Shown here in pieces: positions 41,115-55,511 of a stretch of 64,000 nt of DNA. The number at the start of each line of letters is the position of its first letter. The stretch's first letter is position 1. Location: the NCBI GenBank assembly GCA_964016885.1, contig OZ024747.1, forward strand, positions 58,900,001-58,964,000. The letters run 5' to 3'. Under the pieces are notes generated by a model. It had not been told where the DNA came from, made no database searches, and saw nothing but the letters and a program-made list of their open reading frames with translations. This stretch comes from Eledone cirrhosa. Lineage: Eukaryota. The position numbers were made by a program, and so were the translations under genes.

Positions 41115-44100
41115 ATTTATATCTATCTATCTAAGGCGGGTAAAATTCCCGAGATCCATGGACGAGTTCTCTCCAGCGGTCTCTGTCCCTCATTATCGCT
41201 GCCATATCCTGCATCTCCAACAGACCAGTGTCTGTCCTTAGGGCATCAACATATGTTAACCTTGGTCTTCCTCTTCCAGTGTGTCCATGTAGGGGCTCCC
41301 AAAGGAGCACTGAGTGCAGTGTCAACTCTGGATGTCGGTGAGCATGTCCAGCCAACCTCAGTCTCCTCTGTGTCACTTTTGAGCTGACTTTTGGGATGCT
41401 CCCATACAGCTCTGAGTTTTTCATCCTCAGTGTATACTGATTAATGTTCAGAGCCATCCTCAGCATTCTCGTGTAGCACCCATCTACCATCTGAGTGAGT
41501 CTCTTGGTCAGTGTCCAAGTCTCAGACCCATACAGCAGCACAGACTCCACTACAGCAATGAAGAGGCGGATTTTCAGGTCTCTACGAAGGTCCGACTTCC
41601 ACACCGATCTCAAGCTGTGACACGCCGCCCAGGCCTTGCTCTTCCTCTCAACCACATCATCTTCCGTATTCCCAATCTTTGCTCCCAAATACAGGAAGTC
41701 CTCAACCAATTCCAGCGGCTTCCCGCCTACATTAGTGATCCCCTCTGCCTTCTCAATATTCTCTACCAGATATTTTGTTTTAGTCTCATTCATTCTCAGC
41801 CCCACACTCATCGACACAGTCTCAACCTCCCGCATCAAATCCTCTGCCTCCTTCACTGTATTTGTCACCAAAACTATGTCGTCCGCAAATTCAGCATCCG
41901 ATACCTTTTTCGCCCCAACTCTCCTGCTCTGAGCCGGTGCTACAGTAAAGCCAGAGTCCTGGCGTTTCTCCAGTGCAAGGCGCATACAATAGTCCACTAC
42001 GATGATAAAAAGGTAGGGAGCCAATGTATCTCCCTGGAGCACTCCAGCCAGTATCTCAAAGAACTCTGTCATCCCATCAGCTGTAATGACTTGGGCTTTG
42101 GTGTTGGTGTAGAGCAGTGATATCAGGTCCACTATCCTCTTGGGGATTCCATAAGCCTGTAAGATCTTCATCAGGCAGTAACGGTCCACAGAATCAAAGG
42201 CCTTCCTAAAGTCAATGAAAACCATGACCGCAGGAAGGCACTTTGCTCTAGCTCCCTCTAATATCCTCCTCAGCATCAGGATGTGACTGGTGGTTGATCT
42301 ACCCTCTCTGAAGCCGTTCTGGTTGTCCCTGAGCTTCTTCTCCATCTCAGGCTGGATCCTGTTAAGAATCATCCTGTTGAGGGTCTTTGCCACAAGTGAC
42401 GTCAGTGAGATCCCCCGGTAGTTGTTGGTGTTAGAGAGATCTCCCTTCTTTGGCACTGGGACGATGTTACTGATCCTCCACTGATTCGGGGCAACTCCTT
42501 TCTCCAGTGCCCCGTTACAGAACCCCAGGATGATATCATCAAAATCACACCTCTTCATCACCTCTGATGCCACTCCATCTTCTCCATGAGCCTTGCCCTC
42601 CTTGATCTTCTTCTTGGCTCTCTGAAGCTCCTCTATGGTGAAGGGCTCTGTCTCAACATCCAGTTCCTCAAACAGCCGCCTGATCTCCCCAGTGCTCTGG
42701 GCTGTGGAGGGTGGCTCTCCTAGTAGGGTCCTAAAATGGTCTAGCCATTTCCTCTTCCTATCCTCGGGCCTCGTTCCCTGGATCTGACTCGAACACCTTT
42801 TCTTCCTCCCTGTCATCTCGTTGATGATCATCCAGCTCTCCTTACATCCAGATCTGTCAACCGCTCTCTCCACACTTCTGATCTTCTCTATCAGTGCCTC
42901 CTCTCTGACCTCAGTGTAAGCGGTACAGAGCTCTTCCCTCATCACCTCCACAGTCTCCATCCTCTCCTCCGTAGGATCAGCATAGAATTGGTCCCTGGCA
43001 GCTTTCAGGTGTTCTCTGGCTGCACACACTTTTGGGTTTGCAGAGCTGACGTGCTTCCCTTTGTTCTTTTTCCTCGGCACCAGGGTTTCACTTGCTTTCG
43101 CCACTGCATTGGTGAAGTGCCCGTACCTCCTCGTCACACTCTCCTCAGTCCATCCAATCTCTCTCTCCTCTGACTCTCCACACAGAGCACTAAACCTGTT
43201 TCTCACTTCCACTGTGAACCTCTCCTGTAGCTTATCATCTTCCTTGAAAGCTCCCCAGTCATAGATTGTTCTCCGGGGCTGAGCCTTGCTCTTTCTTAAG
43301 CTCACGCGGACCTCATTCATAACAAGCCGATGGTCACTACCCAGTGTACTGAAATAGCTGTATGGTTCCGTGTTCAGAATACTATTCCGCCACATTTTCC
43401 TCACCAGAATGAAATCAATCTGGGACTTGGACAGGTGCATATCTGAGATGTAGGTCCACATCTTCCCCAGATTCTTCCTAAACCTTAGGTTGGTTGCCAT
43501 CAAGTTCGCCTCCAGCAGGGTGTCTCTCAGTAGTCTTCCATTTCGGTTGGTCTTGTTATGGAAGTACCAGCAAGGATCTTCACTGCCCTCCTTACTCAGA
43601 TGTGCATTGAAGTCCCCCAAAACAAGCAGGATATTGTGTGCCTGAGTGGTGTTGACAGCTCTACACACCTCCTCATGGAACTCCTCGGCATTCACATCAC
43701 TGTCCCCCTCGGTTGGACTATAGGCTGAGATGACTGTCAGTCTTGGGTTTCCATTGAAGGTCACCCTCAACACTCGCGGGGAGATAGGCATTATTTCCCT
43801 CACCAACAGATTGGTTTTTGCACTGAACACAAAACCCACTCCTCCTACTGCAGCATTTGTTGTGTTCTTCACTGCCGATGTAGTGATGAGCTGGCTCTTC
43901 CTCCCGATCATCACACTCCTCACGGGCTCATCGTGTAGAATCCTGTGTTCTTGGATCGCAAGTATCTGTATACCACTCTCCTCGAACAGATGTCCCAACT
44001 CCTCTCTCTTCTCCAGCGTTCGTATAGTCCTCACATTCAAAGTGCCCATTTTGATGGCTCTTCTGCAGGACAAAACTGCATTCTTTATATTTGTCTCAGA

Positions 44101-44390
44101 GACAGCTGATCCATCATCCACTGGCCCTCTCTGTGGCTCTAAGCCAGCAGAGTCATAACGACCAGGCTGCTCCTTGACAGTGTAATTAGGGGCTCTAAGC
44201 CTAGTGCTGTTAGATCGACTCTCCATATTTCTTTTCAATGGCTGACAATACCTTACCGGCGCCACTCGAATAAGGTAGTTATTTAACCCATAAATCGAGC
44301 CCTAACAGGTACTACCACCCCGGGCCAGGGCAGACCTGGGAGTCATGACAACTAAGGGGTAACTCCACATTCCCCACATCTCCTGAACTA
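41115..44390 (-). mobile_element. Full-length RTE LINE with ~160 bp 5' UTR and (TAGA)n tail, inserted in a (TA)n/(TATCA) tract
   Basis: The stop codon TAG runs directly into ATAGATAGAT repeats. Non-microsatellite 5' UTR at 44227-44390. Similar TA-rich microsatellite on both flanks. Confidence 0.92.
41131..44226 (-). CDS. Intact RTE-clade non-LTR retrotransposon ORF (APE endonuclease + reverse transcriptase), ~1031 aa from ATG
   Basis: Uninterrupted ORF. APE motifs [36 protein letters not shown] motifs [53 protein letters not shown]-type C-terminus LLYGSETW...[10 protein letters not shown]...GRGRPR. Confidence 0.97.
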   Translation of the reverse strand: MESRSNSTRLRAPNYTVKEQPGRYDSAGLEPQRGPVDDGSAVSETNIKNAVLSCRRAIKMGTLNVRTIRTLEKREELGHLFEESGIQILAIQEHRILHDEPVRSVMIGRKSQLITTSAVKNTTNAAVGGVGFVFSAKTNLLVREIMPISPRVLRVTFNGNPRLTVISAYSPTEGDSDVNAEEFHEEVCRAVNTTQAHNILLVLGDFNAHLSKEGSEDPCWYFHNKTNRNGRLLRDTLLEANLMATNLRFRKNLGKMWTYISDMHLSKSQIDFILVRKMWRNSILNTEPYSYFSTLGSDHRLVMNEVRVSLRKSKAQPRRTIYDWGAFKEDDKLQERFTVEVRNRFSALCGESEEREIGWTEESVTRRYGHFTNAVAKASETLVPRKKNKGKHVSSANPKVCAAREHLKAARDQFYADPTEERMETVEVMREELCTAYTEVREEALIEKIRSVERAVDRSGCKESWMIINEMTGRKKRCSSQIQGTRPEDRKRKWLDHFRTLLGEPPSTAQSTGEIRRLFEELDVETEPFTIEELQRAKKKIKEGKAHGEDGVASEVMKRCDFDDIILGFCNGALEKGVAPNQWRISNIVPVPKKGDLSNTNNYRGISLTSLVAKTLNRMILNRIQPEMEKKLRDNQNGFREGRSTTSHILMLRRILEGARAKCLPAVMVFIDFRKAFDSVDRYCLMKILQAYGIPKRIVDLISLLYTNTKAQVITADGMTEFFEILAGVLQGDTLAPYLFIIVVDYCMRLALEKRQDSGFTVAPAQSRRVGAKKVSDAEFADDIVLVTNTVKEAEDLMREVETVSMSVGLRMNETKTKYLVENIEKAEGITNVGGKPLELVEDFLYLGAKIGNTEDDVVERKSKAWAACHSLRSVWKSDLRRDLKIRLFIAVVESVLLYGSETWTLTKRLTQMVDGCYTRMLRMALNINQYTLRMKNSELYGSIPKVSSKVTQRRLRLAGHAHRHPELTLHSVLLWEPLHGHTGRGRPRLTYVDALRTDTGLLEMQDMAAIMRDRDRWRELVHGSREFYPP

Positions 44391-44399
44391 TATATATAT

Positions 44400-44504
<105 letters not shown>

Positions 44505-45039
44505 TATATATATATCATATATATATCATATATATATATATATATCATATATATATAAATCATATATATATATATATATATATATCATATATATATATTA
44601 TATATATATATCATATATATATATATATATATATGAGTGTGCGTGTATGTGTCTGTGAGGGTGTATATATATATATATACATATATGTGTGTGTGTGTGT
44701 GTGTATGTGCCTACGTGCGTGTATATATGTGTGTGTGTGCGTGCATGTGTATACATACACACCACACACATATATATAGTGTACACATATGCATATAGAC
44801 ATACATTAATTCTTCTATACAAGCATGCATACAAACACACACTTATACACATATATAGATACAAACATAGATAAAATTATTTGAGAAGGCCAATTCAGCA
44901 ATGTCAGTGGAAATAATATGATGTGTTGCAGATAAGATACGAAAATATAGTTTTCCATAATGTTCTAACACTTGAAGACAAATACCAAAAATTAGATATC
45001 AGAACTTTCTGCTTAAGGAGCCTACATCAGCATTATCAC

Positions 45040-45805
45040 CATCACCACCATCACCATTATCACCATCACCAGCAACAACAATATAAACAGAAACAAACAC
45101 AACAAATAAATAAAACACCAATAAAACCATCAACAACATCCGCAAAATGAAGAACAACAAACACAATAACAACATCAACAAGCTGAACAACCACATTATA
45201 CGACAATAACAATATCAATAGCAACACCAACAACATCGACAAACTGAACAGCAAAAACACAACATTAACAACAACAATAACAACAACTACAACAACAATA
45301 ACAATAACAATAACAATAACAACAACAACAATATCAACAACAATAACAACATCAATAACAACAACAATAACAACATCAATAACAACAATAACAACAACAA
45401 TAAAAACGTCAATAAGAACTAACATCAACATCAGCAACAAACACAACAAAAACAACATCGAAAATAATATCATGAACAACAACAATAGCAACAACAACCT
45501 GAACTGCAACAAACAACAATAACAACATCAATAACAACAACAATAACTTCATCAGCAACATCAATAACAACAACAATAACAACAACAGCAACCTGAACTG
45601 CAACAACAACAACAAAAAACACAAAAAAAACAATAACAAGAATAACAACAACATCAACAACAAATACACCAATAACAACATCAATAACTCCATCAACGAC
45701 ATCAATAACAACAAGAATAACAACAACAGCATCAACATCAGCAACAAATACACCAATAACAACATCAACAAGCTGAACAACAATAGGACGAATAAGAACA
45801 ATGTA
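45040..45805. repeat. Degenerate (AAC/AAT)n trinucleotide tract
   Basis: Direct inspection. Confidence 0.9.
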
Positions 45806-46045
45806 AAACATGAGGCCAGCAGGATGTCATATGAGAAAGCAAAGCTGTCAAGATAGCTACGCTAAAAGGACAATGATAGTCAAATAAATACTGAACTAAT
45901 GTCCATAAATATTGGAATTCTTACTCGGATAAGAGAACAAAATATTGCTTTCGACGTCTTTAAGGTCACATTCTGTCTTTTTCACTAAAAGTCTGCATTT
46001 TCTCTTGTCTACTCTACTCACGTTGTATTTGTCTTTGTTTCCAAG

Positions 46046-46046
<1 letters not shown>

Positions 46047-46131
<85 letters not shown>

Positions 46132-46499
46132 TATTATGTATGTATGTATGTATGTATGTATGTGTGTGTCTGTGTGTGTATTATTTTTATGCGTGTGTGT
46201 ATATATCTATATAAACATTTATTTATATGTATGTACATATTTAAGTATATATAAAAATATATATATATATATGTAAGTATGCATTTATATGTGTAACTAT
46301 ACACACACACATATATATATGTATATATACATATACATATATATTATGTATGTATGTATGTATGTGTGTGTGTGTGTGTATTATTTTTATGCGTGTGTAT
46401 ATATCTATATAAACATATATTCATATGTATGTACATATTTAAGTATATATAAAAATATGTATGTATATATGTAAGTATGCATTATATGTGTAACTATAT

Positions 46500-46548
<49 letters not shown>

Positions 46549-46706
46549 TATTATGTATGTATGTGTGTATGTATGTGTGTGTGTGTGTGTATTATTTTTA
46601 TGCGTGTGTATATATCTATATAAACATATATTCATATGTATGTACATATTTAAGTATATATAAAAATATGTATGTATATATGTAAGTATGCATTTATATA
46701 TGTAAC

Positions 46707-46750
<44 letters not shown>

Positions 46751-46938
46751 CATATATATTATGTATGTATGTATGTGTATGTGTGTGGGTGTATTATTTT
46801 TATGCGTGTGTATATATCTATATAAACATATATTCATATGTATGTACATATTTAAGTATATATAAAAATATGTATGTATATATGTAAGTATGTATTTATA
46901 TGTGTAACTATACACACACACGCACACACACGCACACG

Positions 46939-46970
<32 letters not shown>

Positions 46971-47151
46971 CATATATATTATGTATGTATGTATGTATGT
47001 AAAATATGTGTGTGTGTGTGTGTGTGTGTAAATTATTTTTATGCGTGTGTATATATCTATATAAACATATATTCATATGTATGTACATATTTAAGTATAT
47101 ATAAAAATATATATATATATATATATGTAAGTATGCATTTATATGTGTAAC

Positions 47152-47210
<59 letters not shown>
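46047..47210. repeat. ~200-250 bp higher-order tandem repeat built from microsatellites, 5 units
   Basis: ATTATTTTTATGCGTGTG...GTACATATTTAAGTATATATAAAAATAT...GTAACTATA recurs five times. Confidence 0.88.
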
Positions 47211-47215
<5 letters not shown>

Positions 47216-47617
47216 TACATACATAGTTTGAATGTCGCGTAGAATGTGAACTTTCAAAATTTCTGATCTCTATATCTACACATATATATTTCTACAATAA
47301 ATCTTAAAACGCGAGCTTTAGTGTCGAAAATCATAGGCAATTGCCGTATTAATATTAAATATATACAAGATAAACCTCCCACTATCTGTTCGTTAACATT
47401 TCTAAGTTTATATTTTTTAAGTTTCATAGGGTGAAATATTTCGACAAGATGATCTTCATTCATAGAACTAAGAGAGAGTTAAAAACGGATTTGCAAGTAT
47501 AGGTTATCTTGTGTTCACTGCCATGAAGTCTGATAGAAATACAGATGTCTGTCTGACTATATATATATATAAAATAAAATAAATAAGTCAAATATTTAAA
47601 ATTTGGCTTAGTTTATT

Positions 47618-47672
47618 ACTGCTATATATATTTCGGTGACAGCCATCTTTGGCTGTGACCTCTTCAGGCAGT
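47618..47672 (-). ncRNA. Type I hammerhead ribozyme (canonical core)
   Basis: ACTGC-CTGAAGA-GGTCACAGCCA aaga TGGCTGTCACC-GAAA-TATATA-TA-GCAGT followed by AATAAA. Stems I and II pair and stem III is palindromic. Confidence 0.85.
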
Positions 47673-47785
47673 CCGAAGTTGTGTGGTAGAGACGGGTACA
47701 CGTGTTGTTGAGGTGTTTAACTCCGTCAATACTCCGATATGCCCAGTTCCTGGTTGGGTTGTTATTTCTCTGAGGAACTGGAATC

Positions 47786-47822
<37 letters not shown>

Positions 47823-47898
47823 GAGAAAGAGTGAGAGATAAAGTGATATATATGCAAACACACACGTATGTATATACGATTTATAATTGTCTGGCTCG

Positions 47899-47961
<63 letters not shown>

Positions 47962-48029
47962 TTGGTTGCTTCCTGTCAGAAGAGTCCCATCTCGTCATTG
48001 AAAAACTGTATGAACATGTGCACTCAGAC

Positions 48030-48900
48030 CCGCTTTTGTTTTGCAGGAACATCCACAGATGTGACACTTGAACTCTCTGTTCCCTCCCATTAACGCCTGG
48101 TGTGTGTCTTCATGAATTCTACCATTTTACCTGCTGACTTGCAAGTCAAACCACACTCATTGCTAGTACACCGTGGAAGGTGTGGCTTTGTCACCATCTC
48201 ACATGTGGCTTGATCTCGGTTCACCATCTTACATGTGGCTTGATCTCGGTCTGGCTCGTTTGACTTCTGACCGTTGACATGTTCAGATCTTGAAAGAAGA
48301 AATCAGCCAAATACGTTCCAATTCAATCCCTTTCTGAATGTTTAGACACTACACTTGAGTCCCACTTACGGAGTAAACGCTTCATACTCCACTCAATTCG
48401 TCCTTCCTAACACCGTTTCCCCTTGAAATTGACCTTGGAAGTGTCTCTTTCATATTTTGATAGAGTTTTTTTAATATTCCAATAAATTCAGGATGGCATC
48501 CAAATTTCCCCAATATAACCAGCAAAACACTACGATTGATATTATCGAAAGCGTTGGTAAGGGCCACAACTACTTGATAAATTGCCACTAGCTGCTCAAT
48601 GTACGCACAGCTCCTGAATATCCTGTTTCAGGGATGGCACCTGGGCAGATCCATTTTATTAGAGGATTCAGCTAGAGATTAGTCAACATTTTTCTTACCG
48701 ATTCGAACAGACTTATACAACGATAATCGCTGCATTCAGACTTGGAGATCTTACCCTTGTAAATCGATAGCAAAATTGCATCCACATCATCTTGCGGGAC
48801 AAGCTCACCATGCCACAGGGAGAAAAATTGGCCCTTGAATCGGCATAGCAGCATTGTCTCCTCAACAGGAATACCGCTGAAAATTTGCTCGACTTTATCA
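48030..48900 (-). pseudogene. Degenerate RTE-BovB-like RT fragments
   Basis: IYKGK.SKSECSDYRCISL, LTNAFDNINRSVL..ILGKFGC, NGVR. Confidence 0.7.
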
Positions 48901-48913
48901 GCTGTTATAGTCA

Positions 48914-48955
<42 letters not shown>

Positions 48956-49090
48956 TTACATATATATATATATATATATATATAGGTGCGTGTATGTGTA
49001 CGTATATATGTATAAATACATTAACACGCATGTACAAATACACACACACAGACGCACGCGCATGCACACGCACATACATACATGTGTGTG

Positions 49091-49166
<76 letters not shown>

Positions 49167-49169
<3 letters not shown>

Positions 49170-49359
49170 CGAAGGAAATGTGGTAAGGAACCAGATGGTC
49201 CATAACGCACCAAAGTACTCAATACTTAGGGTAGTAGAGTGGGTAATAGGAAGAAGTAGGACCCCGACGGCTGAGCTCAAGCCGTTTCGACGGCTATTTC
49301 TGGACTCCAGAAATAGCCGTCGAAAAGGCTTGAGCTCTGCCGTCGCGGTCCTACTTGGT

Positions 49360-49363
<4 letters not shown>
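49167..49363 (-). mobile_element. Hairpin+tail mini-element, family A, copy 5
   Basis: Reverse complement of copy 1, with (TA)n flanks. A tail-only relative lies at 39519-39576. Confidence 0.85.
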
Positions 49364-49410
<47 letters not shown>

Positions 49411-49416
<6 letters not shown>

Positions 49417-49498
49417 ACACTTTGGGAGGGTCATGTTGCCAATAAGAAACACACGCACCAGTGTGTTTCTTATTGGCAACATGACCCTCCCAAAGTGT

Positions 49499-49544
<46 letters not shown>

Positions 49545-49632
49545 ACACTTTGGGAGGGTCATGTTGCCAATAAGAAACACACGCACCAGTGTGTTTCTTA
49601 TTTGCAACATGACCCTCCCAAAGTATAACAAT
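49411..49632. repeat. Tandem pair of 94 bp palindromes separated by (TA)n
   Basis: ATTGTTACACTTTGGGAGGGTCATGTTGCCAATAAGAAACACAC-gcacca-reverse complement at 49411-49504 and 49539-49632. Confidence 0.9.
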
Positions 49633-50253
49633 ATCGGTTTCAACACACGATTTCAGATAAAGAATCTTGCTAAACAAATTCAGAAACGAAATATATATAT
49701 ATATATATATATAAATATATATATATATATCGGTGTTGTGTGTGCGTATTTATGTATGTATAAAAATACGTATATACAGTGTGTGTGTGTATATATATGT
49801 GTGTGTGTATGTGTGTGTGTATATATAACAAATTAACAAACTCAGTAGAACACTGCATTCTTCTATGTAATTTATAACATACACGTTTTTGTGTATCGAT
49901 CACTGATATTGAAATCGAACTTCGTATTATATGTAACATTAATTTTATTGTGTTCGATCGAACTTGTCACTGCTACATTGATTTATTGATCTGTGGAGAT
50001 ATATTCTGCCATTCTGTTGTTGTAATAGAATAAACCGTATTATCTATTATTCCCTCATTCTTTGTTTTGCACCAATTTATATTCCCCACATACATCTCTT
50101 GAAGTATTTGGTGTGTTGGTGTTGGTGTGTGTGTGTGTGTATGTGTGTGTGTATGTGCGTGTGTATATGTGTGTGTGTGTGCGTGTGTGTGTATGTGTAT
50201 GCGTGTGTCTGTGTGTGTGTGTGTGTGTGTATTTATGGGGGGGTTCTATGTGA

Positions 50254-50291
<38 letters not shown>

Positions 50292-50334
50292 TGTGTATAT
50301 GCGTGTGTCTCTGTGTGTGTGTGCGTGTGCGTGT

Positions 50335-50375
<41 letters not shown>

Positions 50376-50779
50376 CGTGTGTATGTGTGTGTGTGTGTGT
50401 GTATTTATGGGGGGGGTTATATGTGATGTATCTGTGTGTGTGTGTGTGTGTGTGTATGTGCGTGTGTATATGCGTGTCTGTGTGTGTGTGCGTGTGTGTG
50501 TGTGGGTGTGTGTGTGTGTGTGTATATGTATCTCACTGTTTTGTGTGTGTTTGTATGTATTTAACTGTTTGTGTGTGCCGGCCTCTGTCTGTTTGTGCGT
50601 GTGTATGTGTGTGTGTGTGTGTGCAAGCCTGTCTGTTTGTGCGTGTGTATGTGTGTGTGCAAGCCTGTCTGTTTGTGCGAGTGTATATGTGTGTGTATGT
50701 ATCTGCCAGCTTGTGCCTGTGTGTATGTATCTGTCTCTGTGTGTGCGTGTATGTATCTCTCTGTTTGTGCGTGTGTGTA

Positions 50780-50814
<35 letters not shown>

Positions 50815-50991
50815 CTGTCTATTTATATGGTGTATGTATGTCTGTTTGTATGAGTGTATGTATCTGTGTGCATGTGTACACATATATGCGTGTATTTCTG
50901 CCTAAGTACGTTTATATATGTGTACGTATAAGTGTACAGGAATGCGCGTATCAAATACACAGATAGTCATACACACACACACACACACACG

Positions 50992-51152
<161 letters not shown>

Positions 51153-51154
51153 TA

Positions 51155-51472
51155 TATAAGATCAAAAGATGGTTAAAGGAGTTCCATGTATTTTATTATG
51201 CGCATTTCAAAAACAAATGTTGATTTAAAACTGCACTATCCACAAGTGTTTTTTTTAGCCTTCATATCATGTTCTCCTGTTTTATCTGATGAAAACACAA
51301 ATATTATTGCATGATGATGTTTGTTCTTGAAATGCGCATAATAAAATACATGGAACTCCTTTAACCATCTTTTGATCTTATATTATGCATACTCCAGTCC
51401 TACAAACTGTAGAGTGCTTCTTATCCGATATCTGCATTGCTTTATTGTACTACAATAAAACTCACCTCCTAC

Positions 51473-51473
<1 letters not shown>
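51155..51473 (+). mobile_element. Hairpin+tail element with hammerhead; homolog at 54843-55006 (-)
   Basis: Arms ~51155-51220 and ~51316-51382. HHR at 51278-51348: TGTTTTAT-CTGATGA-AA..ACAAATATTA..TGATGTTTGT..TT-GAAA-TGCGCA-TA-ATAAAATA. Second copy HHR at 54877-54947. Confidence 0.82.
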
Positions 51474-51503
<30 letters not shown>

Positions 51504-51774
51504 TCTGCATGTATTATGTATGTGTGTGTGTATACATGCATATGTGTACATGAATATATATTCAAATATATATGTGTGTGAATGTGTGTGAATGTGTGAG
51601 TGTGAGTGTGAGTGTGTGGGTGTGGGTGTAATTTTGAAAATACAAGTCCCTTTCCCATGACTTTACTGTCACAATAATCGACCCCCATTCATAATTGTTG
51701 AGAAAATTGCTGTTAGGGACAGAAAGAAGTGGAAAACAAAGCACTGAAAACGAATCAAACCATGTGTGTGTACG

Positions 51775-51818
<44 letters not shown>

Positions 51819-51901
51819 TATATACCCATATATATTTGAATATATATTCATGTACACATACGCATGTATACACACACACACATATACATAATGTATGCAG
51901 A

Positions 51902-51944
<43 letters not shown>

Positions 51945-51950
51945 CTATGT

Positions 51951-51982
<32 letters not shown>

Positions 51983-52155
51983 ATGCATTATATATATATA
52001 TGCACATATGTATATATATATATATATATATGTATATATGTGTATATCTATATATGTATATATTTGTATATATATATATATATATATGTATATCTATATA
52101 TATGTATATATATATATGTGTGTGTGTATATATATATATATATGTATATATATGA

Positions 52156-52197
<42 letters not shown>

Positions 52198-52231
52198 TAT
52201 ATATATACATACAAAGAGAGACAGAGAGAGA

Positions 52232-52628
52232 TCGGTTTAAACTCGGCAGTCCATTATTCATCAGAGTACTCGATACTTGCGAAGTAGAGTGCAAATATAG
52301 TAGAGTTGCTTTGCCCTCTCGAGAGCAAATTGTAAACGAGGAATCATACCGTCTTCAACAACAGTGTAACATCCGCAGTGTAAGTGAGTTTCGTAATATA
52401 AATTGGTAAAGCCCTCAATACGAAGGATGGGTGGTGTTATATAGTATCACTATATATATGACAAACTGAGGAGGTGCATTTAGATCTCTTCCCAGTGAAA
52501 CACATGTATTCAGCAAACGAACTGTTGGTGTCATAAAATATACATTTACATATGATTAAGAATGGTGTACCGAAGAGGATAGAACCACAGTTAAGTACGG
52601 TTTCATTTCAAACGTATGAACCAGTTCG
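52232..52628 (-). mobile_element. Probable inverted pseudo-LTR/tail upstream of the Penelope remnant
   Basis: Minus strand carries a hammerhead-like 3' half (T-GAAA-CCG-TA near 52580-52605) and the GAGTACTC tail motif near 52265. It abuts the truncated ORF, as expected for PLE inversions. Confidence 0.5.
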
Positions 52629-52629
52629 A

Positions 52630-54038
52630 TAAAGCATTAAATATTGCCGTTTTATCCAATACGACATCAATAATTACTACTCCTCCATCACTTTACCACT
52701 TCTCCTTAGAGCTATCAATTTCGCTAAAACACTCACAGTGGTTAAGGATTTCGAAATTGATGTCATCCTCAATGCCCGTAAGTCGGTGATTAATTTCGAC
52801 GACTCTATTTGGATTAAAAAATCCAATAGTACCCCATTCGACGAGAGTATGGGCGCCAGCGATTCTGCGGAGGTTACTGATCTTATCGGCCTTTTCCTTC
52901 TTTTCTCTATCAAGGAAGAATTCCCCAACGTGGGCGGTGGTTGTACCGTGATGATGGTCTTTTGACCATGACTAAGTGCGGCCCACGTGCTTGCGACAGG
53001 TTCAGAAAAGAACTCACAGCCTTCTTTCAAGGCTTCAACCTCTCCATACAGGTTGAGGCCAACCTCTCTGTCGTTAATTACCTCGACGTTACCCTCAATT
53101 TATCGAATGGCTTTCATTACCCGTATAGAAAGCCGAATGATACGCTTAATTACATAAGTAAGCTTTCTAACCATCCTGCCAGCATAACCAAGAACCTGGT
53201 AAGAAACGTTTCTTTGAGGCTTTCCCGTCTATCTACTAACGAGCATATTTTCAACGACTATTCCACATAATACAATGAAGCTCTTGCTGGGAGTGGATTT
53301 GTCGATAGGGTAGCATATACAGAGTACGAGAATAGACCTAGAAGAAATAGATCCCGACGAATTATATGGTATAACCCACCATATAATATGGAGGTGGCCA
53401 CACCATTAGCTAAGATCTTTCTCTCCCTTATTATGGTGCATTTTCCCCCTACACGTAAATATAGTAAACTTTTTAATTGAAATACTATTAAAATGTTTTA
53501 CTCTACGACTCCTCACCTTGCACATAACATCACAGCTTCAAATTTAGCTAAACTACCTAGCCGTAGGAACACGTGCAACCCTGTAGTTACTACTAACTGT
53601 AGTTGTAGGAATCGGGTTGACTGCCCCCTATCCGAGAAATGCCTTTCTAGTAACATTGTCTACAAATGTAAGGTCGAAACACCCACGTCCCGTAGGGCCT
53701 ACATAGGGTTAACCGCCAATAGATTCAAGCAGCGTCTTTACATGCATACCCATTCTTTTTGTTACCCTTTCAGAAGGAATATGACGTTATTTTCAGCCTA
53801 TATCTGGAGTCTAAAAGACAACCATACCCAATATAAGTTACACTGGGAGATCCTTGCTAAGGCTAGATCGTATAACGGAAATAAAAGACCATATGACCTC
53901 TGCGCCGCTGAGGCCCTGGAAATACTCTACGCCAAAGACCACATCTTTAACAAAAAATCTGAGGCAATTTCGGCTTGTAAACATAAATTGCACAAAACTT
54001 TCCTGTATTACAGCCCCACCTTATACCCTAACGCATAG
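52630..54038 (+). pseudogene. 5'-truncated, degenerate Penelope-like element (Naiad-type) RT + GIY-YIG ORF
   Basis: FIQYDINNYYSSI, MGASDSAEVTDLIG, LYRDDG, VNYLDVTLNL, SNHP, RIIWYNPPY, CSCRNRVDCPLSEKC, VYKC...YIGLT..RFKQRLYMH. Frameshift near 52940 and in-frame stops at 53268 (TAA) and 53478 (TGA). Confidence 0.92.
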
Positions 54039-54720
54039 TACGAACTATACGCGGATATTTTACGTCTTGATGTGGTAGCTAAGTATATGTTATGTTTATA
54101 CCATTACTTATTTGTATAGGTAAGTATTTTTACCTGTATGTTTTATGAAGGTACGTATACTTCCTCGTACGTATATTTGATTGTATGTGTTATGGCGTAT
54201 ATATTATATATTCTGCTACATATGCTTTTGGTTGTGTATACGTGAGTTTTGCGTCTGTGTGAGTATGCGGGTTCGTACGTATGTAGGGTGTGTGTATATG
54301 TGTACTTCGTGTTTTGGTTGACGTTTCTCCGAACATATGTGTATTATATAATAAACAACATAAGGCAATTATTCCATTTACCAGTGGTTTCTTAAAAGCA
54401 AAAGGTTTTGTTTTCAATCCTCAGAATGAAAAATCCTGGTTTGTTTATTGAATATGGATTCTAAAAACAAAAATGCAATCTATATGAAAGTGAGGCTGGA
54501 AAAGGGAGAAGGAAAGGAAAAATAAAATAAAACTACACATGCAAACACACACAAAAAAAACACAAAAGCATACTTACACACACATACATATATACATATA
54601 TATAAATGTACGCATACACATATACATATACACATATATATATATATATATATATATAAAGAGCGTACACCTACACACACATACACATATATACACACAT
54701 ATACACATACATACATTCAT

Positions 54721-54771
<51 letters not shown>

Positions 54772-54797
54772 CACATACACACACACATATATATACA

Positions 54798-54846
<49 letters not shown>

Positions 54847-55006
54847 AGATCAAAAGATGGTTAAAGGAGTTCCATATATTTTATTATGCGCATTTCAAAA
54901 ACAAATATCATCAAGCAATAATATTTGTGTTTTCATCAGATAAAACAGGAGAACATGATATGAAGGCTAAAAAACACTTGTTGATAGTGCAGTTTTAAAT
55001 CAACAT

Positions 55007-55092
<86 letters not shown>

Positions 55093-55479
55093 TGTGTGTG
55101 TACAAGCATACACATACACACACACATATATATACACACATACATACATTCACACAAACATACAACGTACATACATACACATACATGAATGCACTCCACT
55201 ACATATTCACACACGCAAATAAATATAAGAAAAAAATATATAAATATATATTAACAAATTTTTGACAGCGATACATGCCCCAGCTAACAGGACAGACACG
55301 CGTGGTAAGTAATACACACAAAAGCACATATACATACGTACGAAATAGTAAACACATACACACACTCTCACACATAAATATACATATACAAATACATAAA
55401 CACGTACATACACATACATACACAAACACGTACACGTATATAATATACACACACACATGTATATGTAATTATATACACG

Positions 55480-55511
<32 letters not shown>

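Noticed and set aside
41617-44158. Plus-strand ORFs overlapping the RTE
   Set aside because: They are antisense shadows of the RT/APE ORF with no recognisable motifs.
44227-44390. HDV-like ribozyme in the RTE 5' UTR
   Set aside because: Such ribozymes are known in some RTEs, but the nested double pseudoknot could not be built convincingly by eye. A descriptor search is needed.
53478-53480. In-frame TGA as selenocysteine (some Naiad PLEs encode selenoproteins)
   Set aside because: It aligns with Arg of FNRN in the paralog at ~56730, not with a Cys, and the ORF also has a TAA and a frameshift. Simple decay is the better explanation.
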